From Sphagnum compactum (Eukaryota): a stretch of DNA of 64,000 nt. A program made the translations under genes and the position numbers. The notes under the pieces are model-generated. The model saw only the letters and a program-made list of their open reading frames with translations, was not told where the DNA came from and did not search any database. Each line of letters opens with the position of its first letter. The stretch's first letter is position 1. Location: NCBI GenBank assembly GCA_965153455.1, contig OZ234493.1:34400213-34464212 (forward strand), in the 5' to 3' direction. This document shows, one piece after another, positions 24,046 through 37,410 of the stretch.

Positions 24046-27000
24046 GATTTGCAACCTTCATCTTTAGTTGTTGCAGGCTTATGAACACCCACATTCTTAT
24101 AGAACTAAAGTTCAAATAATTATAACATCATCTTTTTCTTCTATAGAAACACCTCTTCACTCCATTTTCTTGGATCTTATTTTGTCTTTCAAGTGATCAA
24201 AAAGTGAGTTTAAGGGAATGTTCCATCACCTGTTGGTCCGTTTTAACGAATATGTCCTTCTTTCAATATCTATTACTGATCTAATGTTTCATTTGTCCAC
24301 ATACCTTTTTACCTTATTGTAAAAACTCGATTCAATTTTGGTGTTGATCTTTTGTTCTCTAATTAAAAAATAGGGGACACATTTTCATTATTTATTAATT
24401 GTAAATCCAACATGTTGTTTTGTCACCTTTGAAGCATAATTAGGTTCATGATGGTTAATTTGGTTATTCTTGGTCTTAACCTCCAAGAACTCAAGGATGT
24501 GTGTCTTGGCCCAATTAATAGTATGCCCTTCAATTTTTTATATGCAACCCAATAATATAAAAAAGTAATTTTGAAAATGTTGCTAATGCATGTTCAAAAG
24601 TGTTATAATAGAATTGATGAACGTATATAAATCTATAAAATCTTCTCACATTAAATCAATTTCTTTTATAGAAATGTAGGTTGTGGGAATAAATCTATAC
24701 AAATGATTAATATAACTTAGTTGATCCTTTAGTCTTTTGAATCTCCTTGATTCAACATTTTGGGCTATAGATTGTTAGATTCAACAAGAATACATGTATT
24801 TTTTGAACCTTTGGTTGTAAATCTAATCTATGATTTTTTATCCTTACCTTTCACGGTAATCTTTATTTTACATGTTGTACTTTTCTACATTATCTATTTT
24901 CTCATTGAATTTTATTTCTATAGATATAATTTAAAACTTGGCCTATCCTCTTCTACATGATCTACTTATATTGGTAGATCTAAATTGTCATTTATTGCCA
25001 ATATTACAACATTAGGACCTAAAAATTCCAAGCAAAGTTAGAATTGTAGAGGACATATTTGAGAGAGAATTGAAAATAAAAATGAATTACTCATTTGATT
25101 GTAGCTTAGGTTAAAAATTGATCTTGTGTTAAGTTTTTTTGGAAGGAATTCAAAATGTTTAATAGGAATTTGCAAAGGTCTTTCCTTTGAAGGATTAATA
25201 AATGTGATTATTTGAAGGACTCAAAGATTTGATGTCCTTTGGTGATTTTTGTGCATTGTATCCTTGTTAGGGTTTAAGGTTTATTTATGAATAGTTGCAT
25301 GCCTTTTAATGTGGCAAACAAATCCCCATAATTAAACACTCTCTTTGGATTTGTTGGTGTTATTTTGTGAAAATGAATCCAACCTACCCTTAAACTAAAC
25401 AACAAATTTGAAAAAATTGCTTGCATTTTTTAAAAAAATTGTCTTAAAACACACCCATAACCAAATGTTCGAAACTTGATTGGAATATTTTTCGCCTTGT
25501 TTGTTTTCAATTATATGTATGAAAATGTGTTGTTTCTTTCCCATCACAAACACACTTAGATATAATAGTGACTATTATTGTTTATATATTGAGTTTTTCT
25601 CACACCCATAACCACACACAAAAATAACATTCCATTTGGATACCTTAAAAAAATCGAACAAGATTTCTCAAAATCAAATGTTCAATCATATGGCTTTTTT
25701 TGAACATTGATTTGCACACATGTGACCATCCACCAACATTGGTTTGCATTGGACTGATGTTTGATTACGATGTGACATTCAATGGGGGGCACTTCTACTC
25801 TACTCAAAATAGAAAACATGTAAATTTGTTTTGTTGCAATTCAATAATGAAATTTGCTTATTGGCAATAATGTTTCTTTTTCCAATTTGTGGGTGGCAAT
25901 CATCCACATGAGGATTTAACCAAATTTGGCTATAAGCTAAAGGATAATAATTGTATTTTTTAAGGAATTGTTTTATGTTTTGGTGACATGTTTAAAGCTG
26001 TTGTCTACATATGGCAATTTTGAGATTTGTTTTGTCATAATCAAGGTTTCTTTTTTCAAATTCCTCAAATAGGTCCCTTGACAAGGATCCGAAATAATTA
26101 GTGACTATCATAGATGGGCAATAACATTTTTACAATAGTATTAATACAAGTGGTGATTTAGGAAATGACTAGGTCTACATGTGGTTAAATTAATTATTTT
26201 TATTTCAAAATGACAAAATAAATCCTTAAAAGTCACAAAAATCACCAAGAATTCATGTTTTTTTCATCTATTGAAAAATAATTCGACAATTTATGAAATT
26301 TCACCACAAAGCAAAACACTAGTCATAATGTGACAAACTTGGGCCCATTTTTCCAAATTTATTTTTGGGTCATTAAGATGTGAAAATTCATAATTAAAAA
26401 AAGAAATTGATTGTTAGATTTTGCTTGATAAGAAAAGACAAATTTTGCAAGATTCATGATTTTTTATGCCCATCATGGTTGGTGACATTCTAACATAAGA
26501 ACCTTGGGGAAGTCATTTCCATTTTATTTTAAATGAGGTACCAAAAAAATATAAGGTGCAACTTATTGACTTTTATTTATTTATACTTAAGTGTAAATAA
26601 TGTGCTTATAATTCATTATGAAACTATACCTAATATATTCTAAAATATAATTAAAATATATTTCAAATATGTTATTATTTGATAACAAATTTAAAAATAT
26701 CATTTTACTTCATGGGCTTTCTAAAACATAGGAGCAATAGCTTCCCCAAGATAGGAAGGATGGTTGTTTTTTGAAACATGGGGTTTTGATCATCGTTCAC
26801 CAAAACATGATTCTCGATCAATTTTTTTCTTTGAATATTAACATCTTGGTGAATGATAACCAAAAGTAAAATGGTCCCAAGGTTGTCACTTTATGACAAA
26901 ACAAATTATGAAATTACCATATTTAGACAACAAATTCCAAGTTCCAACATGTCATAGAAATACATGAGGATTTCTATTTTTAAAAATTCTTTTTGGATTT

Positions 27001-27830
27001 GGACCTATAGCCAAATTTGGCTAAGTCGTCTTGTGGATGATCACCTACACACCTAACTCACAAACTTGAAAAAAAAAAAACAGTTGGGAAGTAACAAAAT
27101 TTTGGCTTGAACTTCAGATATAAATTAGAATATTTTAGGTCCTAGGACCCTAAGAGATGGAATATTCACTTGAGTATGGGGTAAGAATTGAAATATTCCA
27201 TGTCATGGAACTTAGGTAGTCTAAGGTCCATTTTGTGCTAGGTCCTAAACAACCCATGATCAAAGTTTTGGTGGGTACAACAATCTTGCTACTAAAAGCC
27301 TCCTCCTTCCCTACTCCGAAACAAAAGAAAGACCCTTCCTAATTACTACATACATGTTCACTTAAACATCTTTTTCCTTACCCACCTTCCTATGATTTAG
27401 GTAAGTCGAAAACCAAGTAAGAAAATAAATATGTAAGTAGGTTGCCTATGTGGGTGGGTTAGTTGGGAACCTAAGTAAGTGAGAAAATAGTTTAGGTAAG
27501 CAAGTAGGAAATGGGTAGGTAGTTTATTTAGGTAGGTAAGTAGGCACACTAGGTAGATTGGTAGGTCATCAATACCCCCCCTACCCACTTTCTTGCTCAC
27601 CCCTCAACCCCAAAAACAAAGATGTTTGGGTAGGAAAGGAATGAATGGGTGTTGAATAATTATTTTATTTTTCAAAATCCATTTCAGTAGTAAAAATAAT
27701 AATTATGAAGTTTCAACAATAAATATAGGGAGCTTTTTTTTGGCATGTTTTAAAAACTCTGAATCTTTAACATACTGAGACCTTTTGCAACAATTTTTCT
27801 TGCATCTTTTTTGGCAAAATTGGGGAGACA

Positions 27831-28248
27831 TAGACTTATCCGGAAAGTAACCCTGTCTTCAACCTGTCCTTGGGCCTCCTTTCACCCCCTATCCCCTTTT
27901 TCAACGGTATCCGCAAAGTAAGGACATTTTATTAAATCTCAGTATGAAATGCTGCAACTCAATACGAAATGCTCAAACTCAGCATTTAATGCACAAGGTT
28001 CAGAATTAATTATAGTAGTTGTACAGATAAGAGCAGTGAAATTATATGTCGGAGCAGTGGAGGCGCTCAGGAAAAAGGAAAGACAGGATGAAACTCAGTT
28101 TACCACCAAAATTGATGGTATTCTGAGTTTCAGCCCCTTTGAATGCTAATGTACTTTTATGCAGGTTTTTAAAAAAAAAATCTCACCCTCTCTATGACCA
28201 AACTCAGGGTTCCGGTGCTGTGTTAATCTTACTTTGCGCATAACTCTA
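27831..28248. mobile_element. MITE (about 420 bp), copy 1
   Basis: Imperfect 20-bp terminal inverted repeats TAGACTTATCCGGAAAGTAA / TTACTTTGCGCATAACTCTA with TA at both ends. A second copy lies at 61149-61590. Confidence 0.75.
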
Positions 28249-30778
28249 ATGTTCCACTAAATTATAAGATAGAGAAACGTTGTTTTATTATTGGATACTC
28301 TCCAATGGTGGACTGGCCTGAAGCAAGAAGCTCCTGGGTTTCCAGTTCTCACCAAGCTGTTGTATTTTTCCCTCTCTAGTAATTTCTTTAAATTTCAGCA
28401 TTTCATACAAGTTTTTTAATTGAAAAAAATTGGCATTTTCAGAAATAATTCAATTACAGCCAAAGCTGAAAAGGTAGTGCAATATTCGTGTACTAATATA
28501 TGGTGTAGCCTATATGTTTGTGAGAATTTTAGAGGACCAATGGAAAAGGTAGAAAAGGGACTATTATTTCAATGTTCTGCAGAATAGGGTTGTGTGTAAG
28601 CTTGAAGATTTTTGTTTCAGGCCAATGGTATTGCTGGATTTGGTGGTCTGAGTTTGCTTTCTTAGTTATCTTGAGTGAACTCAAGAAGTTCAATGTTTAA
28701 TACCCACCGGGTTGCCATGGTTCTAGCACATCACTTGTGCACTTTGTTTATCTTATTTTATTTTATTTTGTTGATTTTTCTACTGTGGTTGCGGTGGAGG
28801 CTGCAATTTTTCTAGTTGTTGCACAATTGCATTCTTTGCTATTCTCTTTTACATCAAAATCAGATCCATGCTTCCACAGGTACTAGGGTTTGTGATCTTG
28901 TTATGAACTTTTTGTGTAGAAGCAGGCCCTTACATGATTTGAGATCTGTGCCCGAGGCCGGTAGGCCGAAGGGACAAGTCGAAAATCATGGAAGGGCCTG
29001 TACTTAGGTCCTTTTCCTACGTAAAGCAGAGCTGGGATTTTTCCACTTTTTAGAAATCGTGACAGGCTGGCTGGTACGTTCCGCTGGTCAGAAAAGTCCT
29101 AGTACAGCCTAGCTGGTACCTTCCTCCGCAGAACATCCCACTTCCTGACAACAGGTTTCTTCAGGCAGGCAAGGGAGCTGAAATACAAAGAAAAAATCCA
29201 GGCAGTGCTTTACGAATACCCTACTCATGCAATAGTTGTGTTTCTCTAGAAATGTGCATTGCTCATTAAATGGAGGAGTCTTTGAAAACCCTTGCTGATT
29301 GCGGGATCTGGAATGTGTCTGATAAGGTTTCTCTCTGATTGTGTGATCTGAATGCAGCAGATATTGGGAGGAGGTTGGGAAGAGGGGTGTTTGTTCTATC
29401 AGCAAGAACCTCCACCTTTGGACTTCTATGCAGGTGCACACACACCCCTCGCATTTCTCTTAGTCTGTAGTCCATGTCCAAATCTGCAGAGAAATTTTGT
29501 CAAGTCTGTAACCTTGTGCCACATGTTTAGCTTTCAGAACCACCCAGACCAATCATTATGTTTGACCAATCAAAAACAGGGACCAGGAGACAGATCATAT
29601 TTATTACATTCTTGTGTAGCAGGTGCACAACTTTGCTGTGCCTTTCACCAGTCTTAACAAACAGAGGAGAACTTTGCAGGAGCAAAACCATTTTCCTGAG
29701 CTAAACCAACATATTTTGACTTGTTCTTCATCCGATTTTAATGTGCAGGGTCACTACTGAGCACCAGTGGGATGCTCTCAAAGCCCTCGAGGAGCCCTGG
29801 AAGAAGGTATCTAAGAAATACCTTACCCTAAGGTCAGTTTCGTCATTAAATAATCCTCAAAATAGTGAAATGAAATTTTGTGAAAATATGAAGTTGACAT
29901 GTTGAAAATCATCATTAATTATCATATGCCACATTCTGAATAAATTCACCACTCATATCACAATATCATAGTAGATGATGGAAATATATATAATTTCAAA
30001 ATCTAAAAACAAATTCCATTTTTGAAAAGAGAAAACTATTCGTTTTGTCAATGTGGAAACTGAGCCTAGGCCACGGTATATATTTATTGACTGCTCCCTG
30101 TTTCTGATTGACTAGATAGTGTGATTGGTCGAGGTGGGCTGCTATTACGTAGGAGTCTCCCACCTATTTGCAATCCCAGTTTCAGTTTAATGGGTGTGGT
30201 TGGAAAAAGGTACTTATTAAATAACTGAAAACTTGGATGTGAGATATACTTTTCGAGGGTCACATACTGAACAGCACTGGAAATGCTCTTACAGTGCCAG
30301 ACTCATCAGGATCTCTTTTCTTCTTCATGCGGCTGTCGCATCCATCTACACAGCCAACAACAGTCGAGAATTTCTTCCTCCAACGAATATTTCAGGAGAA
30401 GCTGCCGCAGTTATTTCAAGCAGGTCCCACCAAACTCTCTCACTCACGGCAGCATCGGCAAGAAGGAGCAGCAGCTTCTTCCTCCTGTTGTATCGAGAGA
30501 CATGCAGAGGAAGATAAAAAGCTATGTCATGTACGAGGACAATGGAGGTACAAGAGGAGGTGGACCAGCCAGGGCCCACCCACCCATCCCTTTATTCTCC
30601 TGCAAACAAATCCAAAAGCTAAACTCCTGCCCCTTTTGTGGGACATTGTCTGCTTCTTCTTCTTCTTCTCCTTCCTGTTGTTTGTCTTTCTCCTGCTGCT
30701 GGGAAGGGAAAGGAAGGAGAATTGGAGCTGTTGGGTGAAGAAGAAGAAGAAGAAGAAGAAGGAAGGGAGCAACCAAAG

Positions 30779-33700
30779 ATGGGAACTTACAGTGTGGCGG
30801 AGGTGATAGTGTATCCCGTGAAGGCATGTCGAGGTATATCTGTCCCTAGTGCAGCCATCTCTGCAACAGGTAACAACAACAACTACAGATGTTTCCATAG
30901 CCCAAAAAAACAATCCTTTTTTTCGACCATACTGCAAATTGTTCTCGACCATTCTCGACCCACCATCGACCGCAAGCAATTGTTTGTTGTTGTTGTTGGA
31001 GAATGATTTTGCGTTGCTTTTGTTGTGGGTGGTGTTTTTTTTTTTGGGGGTCAGGTTTCTTGTATGATCGAGAATGGATGATAGTCAATGCTGACAATGG
31101 TCGTCTGATTGCCATGCCAAGAGCTCCAAAGCTTGCACTAGTGCAACCATCTCTTCCTGCAGCTGCATTCAAAGGAGATCTGTTGCCAGATGATGCTGTA
31201 TTGGGTATGTCATCAAACTCTTCTACCACACTGTTATGGCCAGCAGCAGCGACCTCTCAAGGAGCCCAGAGACACAGAGACAGAGACAGAGACAGAGAGA
31301 AGTTTGTGTGATTTTGTGGGTCCCTCCGACATCCATTTGCTTGGTTTTCTGCAATGATTTTGTAGAAACCTCTTTGTTGCACACTCTGATTGATGCATCA
31401 ATCTTTGTGTGGGGTTTATTTTTTGTTCTGTTTTGGTTTTTGAGAATCCTAATTTGCTTGAAACTTTGTGTTCTGGCAGAGATCAATGCTCCAGGTATGC
31501 TTCCATTGAAGGTGCCATTGAAGCGGAGTTCCAAGACAGGGAAAGCAAAGGAGGGAAATCGTGGAAGCGTAGTGGATGTGGTGGTATTTTCTTGGTCAGG
31601 ACGAGGAGTTGATGAAGGCCCAGATGCAGCAACTTGGTGGTCCACTTACTTAGGTTGCAATGCACGTCTTGTTCGCTTTGATTCTGGTACCAAAACTTGC
31701 CCTCTTTTTTTCTTTTTTTCTATCTTTTTCTCCATGAAAACAAAGCAAAATGTCCACTGTCTGTAATGACTTTGTGGGCAGCAGCCAAACATGGTCTTCA
31801 TCATTCTGAGATGTGATCTAGTAATGAATTGTTTGTTGTTGTTTCTAGGACTAAATTTGAGCATTTCATGCATCTATCTATGATGCCTCTTCTTCAGTCA
31901 TGCACAATCAAAGCCTTTTGAAGCTGGTGTTTTTTTTGTTTGCATACTCCTCAAAGGAATTTTTTTGGGAAACAATTTACACCAAGGAGAGGGTGCCTTC
32001 TGCTTTGTGGGTATGTAATGTGTGCAGCGGCTTTGAGGGAAGATCGGCAAGCTGCACTTGCACCTAATGGTTACACCACCGGATTTGCAAATTCAGGCCA
32101 GTTTTTGTGTATATCTGAGGTTGGTTCACATCCACATTCTTTGAGTGTGAATACCTACCTCATAGGTAGGAAATTGAATTGAATCTGCAGATAATAACAC
32201 TATCAAGTCTGGACTCTCTTTGGCTTCTTGGGTGGGGCTACTACTACTACCTATGTACATTAAGTTCTTGAAGATTGGTTGAAGATGAAGAAATTCTGTA
32301 AATTATTGGCTTCTAATTAGGGAAGATTGGTTGCAGCAGGATTCTGCAATTTATAATACCTCCTAATTAGGGGAAGATCATGGGTTGCAGAAATTCTTAC
32401 CTCACAAATTGCATCCTTGTGGCAGGCATCACTGGAAGAAGTGAACACACATTTTCCCAATGCACCACTGGCAATGAACCGCTTTCGTCCCAAGTGAGTC
32501 CACCTCTTATCCATTGGTCTATCTGAAGTTGCTGATGCATTCCATTTGTTCCGTCAAAAAACTTTTTGGGTTCAGATAGAGGTGGGGGATTAGAGAAACT
32601 GATTATTCTGCTATAACCCATTTAGCAATGTGATCAAATCCTCAGTTGATGATTTTTTTGGTGTTATGACTCAGAATGGGTATTGAATTATTTCTTTGAA
32701 AAATGGTGTGTGTGTGTGTGTCCACATGCACATTTTAGCATTATTGTGCATGGGCCTAGTGCATTTGAAGAAGACAAGTGGCACACTTTCACAATAACAC
32801 ACAATTATGGCACCACATTGAAGTTCCTTCATGTTATGCCACGAGCGCTCTGTAAGGTGAAGTTCCATTCAAACTGTTCTGCACTTCATTCACTATTTCC
32901 TCAGATTTTTAAAAAAGAAAAAAAAGCAAAGAAATTTTGTTTTGTTCAAGGTTTCTGCATCACAACAAAAAATCTTTTATGCCTCAAAAGTGATGGTAGA
33001 ACCAAGCTTTCAGTGCAACCTCTTTTTGTTTGGGAACTGAATGAGTAGCAACAAACAACATAGTAGTTGGGGGCTCATGATTGATGACCATGCAAGTGGT
33101 ATTTTTTTGGATCATCATATACTAGGTTACCATAGTAGTTAACCCAGCTTCACCAAAAACAAATGTATAATATTTTTTATAAAAAACTAAGAATTGGTTT
33201 GTTCTGAAGGTGCCCACTATTAATATGGAACAACCTGATGGCACGGGTGAAGAGCCTCTGAAGGTAAGAGTTGTGCTCACAATGTTGTATCGCTAGGTTT
33301 TCTTACAGGGCAAACAAGCCCAAGCAATGTGGTGAGGAAAAGAATAGGAACAAACTGAAGAGGGTTTACTAACTGACACTACATGTCTGAAAGGTTCTCT
33401 TTGGCAGAGGGAAGGCAGCAGTGTTCTATGAAAACTCTATAAATTGATCATGATGAGGAGCATGTATATTGGGAGTAATTCTGAGACTTATGTTTTGGTC
33501 CAATTGGTTCTCATTCAATTGATTTGATGAGCATCTATTGAGGACCTATAGTAAATGGGCAAACACATACATATTTGTTTCTAATGTTAATATGAATAAT
33601 AAGAAGCAGCTACATTATATATATGCATATGAAGTCAGTGCATCAAAGTCATCATTTTACAAGACAAAAGATAGGCATCTGCATGTTCTATTGTATTGAA

Positions 33701-34308
33701 TCCATGTGTGAATTGGAAGCTGTCTTCATGTCTTACTCCATGGCAATCAGCACTTATGTGGGAATCTTTTAATCCAATAGGGTTGTTGAAATGGCAGACA
33801 CTTGGAACATATCGCTCCGGAACACATTTGGGTTTGAACATAGGGAATGGAAAGCAGGTACATGCATGATGATGGTTATTGAACCTTTTGATGGGCATCC
33901 CAAAAGTTGTTTAGTTTTTACTAAACATTTGTGTTGCAACAGCTAGCTAGCATTTCATCATGGTCTAAATGCAACACATTCCTATTCATTTCAGAAGTAA
34001 AAATTGCAAAGGTATTGTGGGTTTTCTTCATGCCAATCCTGAGGCAGCCAAGTTGTGTTTTGGGGAAGGGTGCAGTTGGGTTGTATGCTTGCTCTTCTTG
34101 TCGAGGGTGGAAGAAACTCTGGTATATCTGACATGAATTATTGTTAACTTGGGCTTTGTCACAAATGTTATAACACGTGCAATTTTGTGTGCAGATATAC
34201 TTTGGATCCTATTTTGTGTGCAGCTCTACTCTCGACAAAAAAAGCATGTCCCACCGAGCCTTTTGCGTGGCACCTGGAGACACTTTGGATGTTTTAGAGA
34301 TGGCATGA
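30779..34308 (+). CDS. MOSC-domain / mARC (amidoxime reducing component)-like protein, about 317 aa; exons 30779-30869, 31055-31204, 31480-31686, 32028-32119, 32426-32493, 32739-32856, 33210-33263, 33798-33857, 34195-34308
   Basis: Motifs: VYPVKACRGISV, GFLYDREWMIVN, PKLALVQP, VDEGPDAATWWSTYLG..RLVRF, ASLEEVN, MNRFRPNIIVHG..AFEEDKW, LCKVPTIN, GEEPLKTL..YR, IYFG, PGD.L.VL. All introns are GT..AG and in phase (954 nt). Confidence 0.9.
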
Positions 34309-36654
34309 TTGGATTCAAGGAGAGTCATCTATTTGCTCACATTATGTACATTTGTTTGCCAAACTAAATGCTTCAATGCACAGGAAGTTGAGATTATTAT
34401 TCAGTGGACATTGAAGTTGGAAACTCTGTATTGAGTTAGCTACTATTACTTGAGCTTACAAAAGGGTTTGATGTTGCTCACTATCTTTATTGGGCCTGGA
34501 ACTCCTAGATGTTGTATGGCTGATGCTCATTCTAGTGCCTTACGTGGGCTATTCTAGGATATACAATGCTTAACCAAATCCAATGATCCGGGGTGAAATT
34601 TGTACTTGTGATTTAAGACATTTTACAGCTTGAGGTCCATCACTATAGAGTGACTATCCATGTTTATTATGGACAATAATTTGTTGTATGTAATTGCAGT
34701 TGTGGGAGTTGTGGCGTCTTTAGTGAACTTTGATGGTAAGTTCACTTCCCATTCACCATGATTTCTTCTTACATGTCAAGGCATTACTTAAAAGATATAT
34801 AGATTTGCAACCCTTTTACACAATGGCAAATTGTTAAATGAGCATAACAAAGTCAATGAAGAATTGGTCTCAAATTGCGTGCATGATGAATAAAGTTTTT
34901 GCACAAAGCCCCATATCATTAAGGATGACAAATTGATGTTTCTTACAATGAAGGAGAGTAGTCCTTCATGTAATGGTCAAGGCTATGTTGAATTATGTGT
35001 GGATCTGTGATGAGTTTGTGACCCAATTGTGTGCATCCAATAACCTTTAAGGTACAATTATCAAAGACATGTTCTTTTCCTTGACAAGGATTGATTGAGC
35101 ATTTTGCAATATGAGCCTGATGCATGGGCCCATTCCATCAAAACCACAATACTCCATTGACTAGTTTGACGTCCACTAATTTTATAAACTTGCCTAGCTA
35201 GTTCATGATTCTTCCAACAAACTCCATTAGTATGCTATGCCAATCCCAGGATGTGTCCTAGATAATTCGTGAATTTTCCCAACTATCTTTACTGAAAGTT
35301 TCTATCAAGGTCATGATATTGGACATTTCACCATGATAATTTCATGTATCTTCTCAACAAATTTCGATATAAATGTACCATGTTCATGGTACTTCCATCT
35401 TCCACTTTGCATTCATAAGTCCATTATCAATGGCATGGCAACCTCATAGATATGATTGCATAGATGATGTCCTTCATTCAAAAATCAAATGTTATATCCT
35501 CAATGAGGGCCAAATCTTACATTGACACAAGTAACCTACATGATCCATTAAAGGGGAGTACACTCAAGGATGAATAGAAAAGGTTAATGGAAATTTTGAG
35601 CTATCCAAGGGAGATGATTAGGCTAGGGGAAACTATTAAAATAGAAAAATTAAAAGTGACTACAATTATTGTAGCAGTAGGGTAAGTAGGAAAATTACCT
35701 AGGCTAAAGTTATTAGACCACTTGATCTGCACCAGTGTTGAAACCATTTTTATATGATGCCTTCTACTTCCCAGTAGAGAGTCACAATGTAGTCACAACA
35801 AGACTACAACACTATTGGGTCACGAAAAAGAGGACTCTTTTTCAGAAACATATATATGATGTACTTTATGATGAAAAATAAAAATGATTATTTTCACTTT
35901 ATTTTGGATCTTTTAGGCTTGCAAAATACATGAATAAATCATGTCTTGGGTTGAAACTTGTAGTGAAACTAGTTCAAAGTTTGTGCTAAAATGGTTGCTC
36001 ACATCATGAACTTGGTAAAACTTGTAGTGATTTGGGTTGAAGGATTTGCCAAATTGGTTGATCAAACCTACACAAAAATGGTGGATCATTCTCTTTACCA
36101 CAAGGAACATAATTAACAAGAAAACAATCAAGAAGATCAAGTTTTGATTGATTGTTTTCTTGTTAATTATGTTCACTTCTTGTTGATGTAATGCATACAT
36201 AAAAGCAAATCGACATCACATAGAAAACAAATTGGTGTTGTGGTATTAGACAACAATTCTTTGTCCATTCAACGTAGCTTATTTTTCATCATTCTTAATG
36301 AAGATCCTTGGACTTGTGTTATCTTGATAAAGATCTTGGGGTATTGTGATCTTGATGCTTATTGGCATACATTGTAGTATTTAGCCTTTATTGTGGATAG
36401 GCTTTGGAAGTTGTGTGGTTTGGCCAACTTCTTCCCTTTTGGAGTTTATCAACAATAAGGTGATAGGAACCAAATTGGTTGGTGGTGAGATTCATGTAAG
36501 CTAGAATTGAAGGCAGATGTAAATTAAAAAAATTCTTGATTTCAAAAACTTGCATCATCCTAGGTTTGTTAAACAATATTGTTGGTAAAAAAAAAAAAAT
36601 TGTTAATTTAACAACATTATGCAAACTAGAGGTACATTCCTTCATTTTGAACAA

Positions 36655-37410
36655 AAAGAGGTTGGAAAAGCTCCTAGATAGGACTAGGACAAGTTTATCA
36701 ATTTAAACTTTCAATTATATAAAATTGCACAAACCAACTAAAGAGAATGGTTAATGCATTTGGTGCATGTATGAACCACGAGCTAACATAAATTCACAAA
36801 ATGATCATCATTGGTCACCATTGATCAGACATAGGAGAAGACATCACCCTCTTCCCTATATTACATTATGTAGCTCTCCATGGACCTACATCAAAATTGC
36901 CAAATTGTGGGGGATCCTAAAATGGGACTTTCAATTTTTTCCAAATTATGAATCCCAAATGTTCAAAAGTTCATAATGTCCCAAAGGAAATCAAAATTCA
37001 ACAATATATAAATATTATAGCCCTTGAAAAGGGCTTTTTAAAGCCATATTAAGCTCTTTAAGCATAGTTTATTTGACCTTTCAAAATGTTTTTTGAAGTG
37101 GTTGAAAGTCAAATGTTTTGACAATTTGATTCTTGACCTTTCAAATAACCATAACTTATGCTACATGTCTTTTTTTTTTTTGGAAATGTGACTTGATTTA
37201 CTTATTACTTTTCAAAAAAAATCCAACCATCAAGAAGACCAAATTTGGACAAGGTTTGATCCCCCAAACCTTGATACAAAGATTTGAGATGCTTAAGGAT
37301 TTCCAACTATCAAAGTGAGAGTTCAACTTGGGAGTCAAGGGATTGCTTCCCTTTCATTCTCACAAAGTCTCATGCTTCATGTGGGAATGTGTTTGAACAT
37401 TCTTGCATGT
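36655..37410. mobile_element. Old, eroded LTR-like relic related to the solo LTRs
   Basis: Colinear degenerate matches to the solo LTRs (AAAGCTCCTAGATAGGACTAGG, TGTAGCTCTCCATGGACCTACATCAAAAT, CCATAACTT). Ends unclear. Confidence 0.5.
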
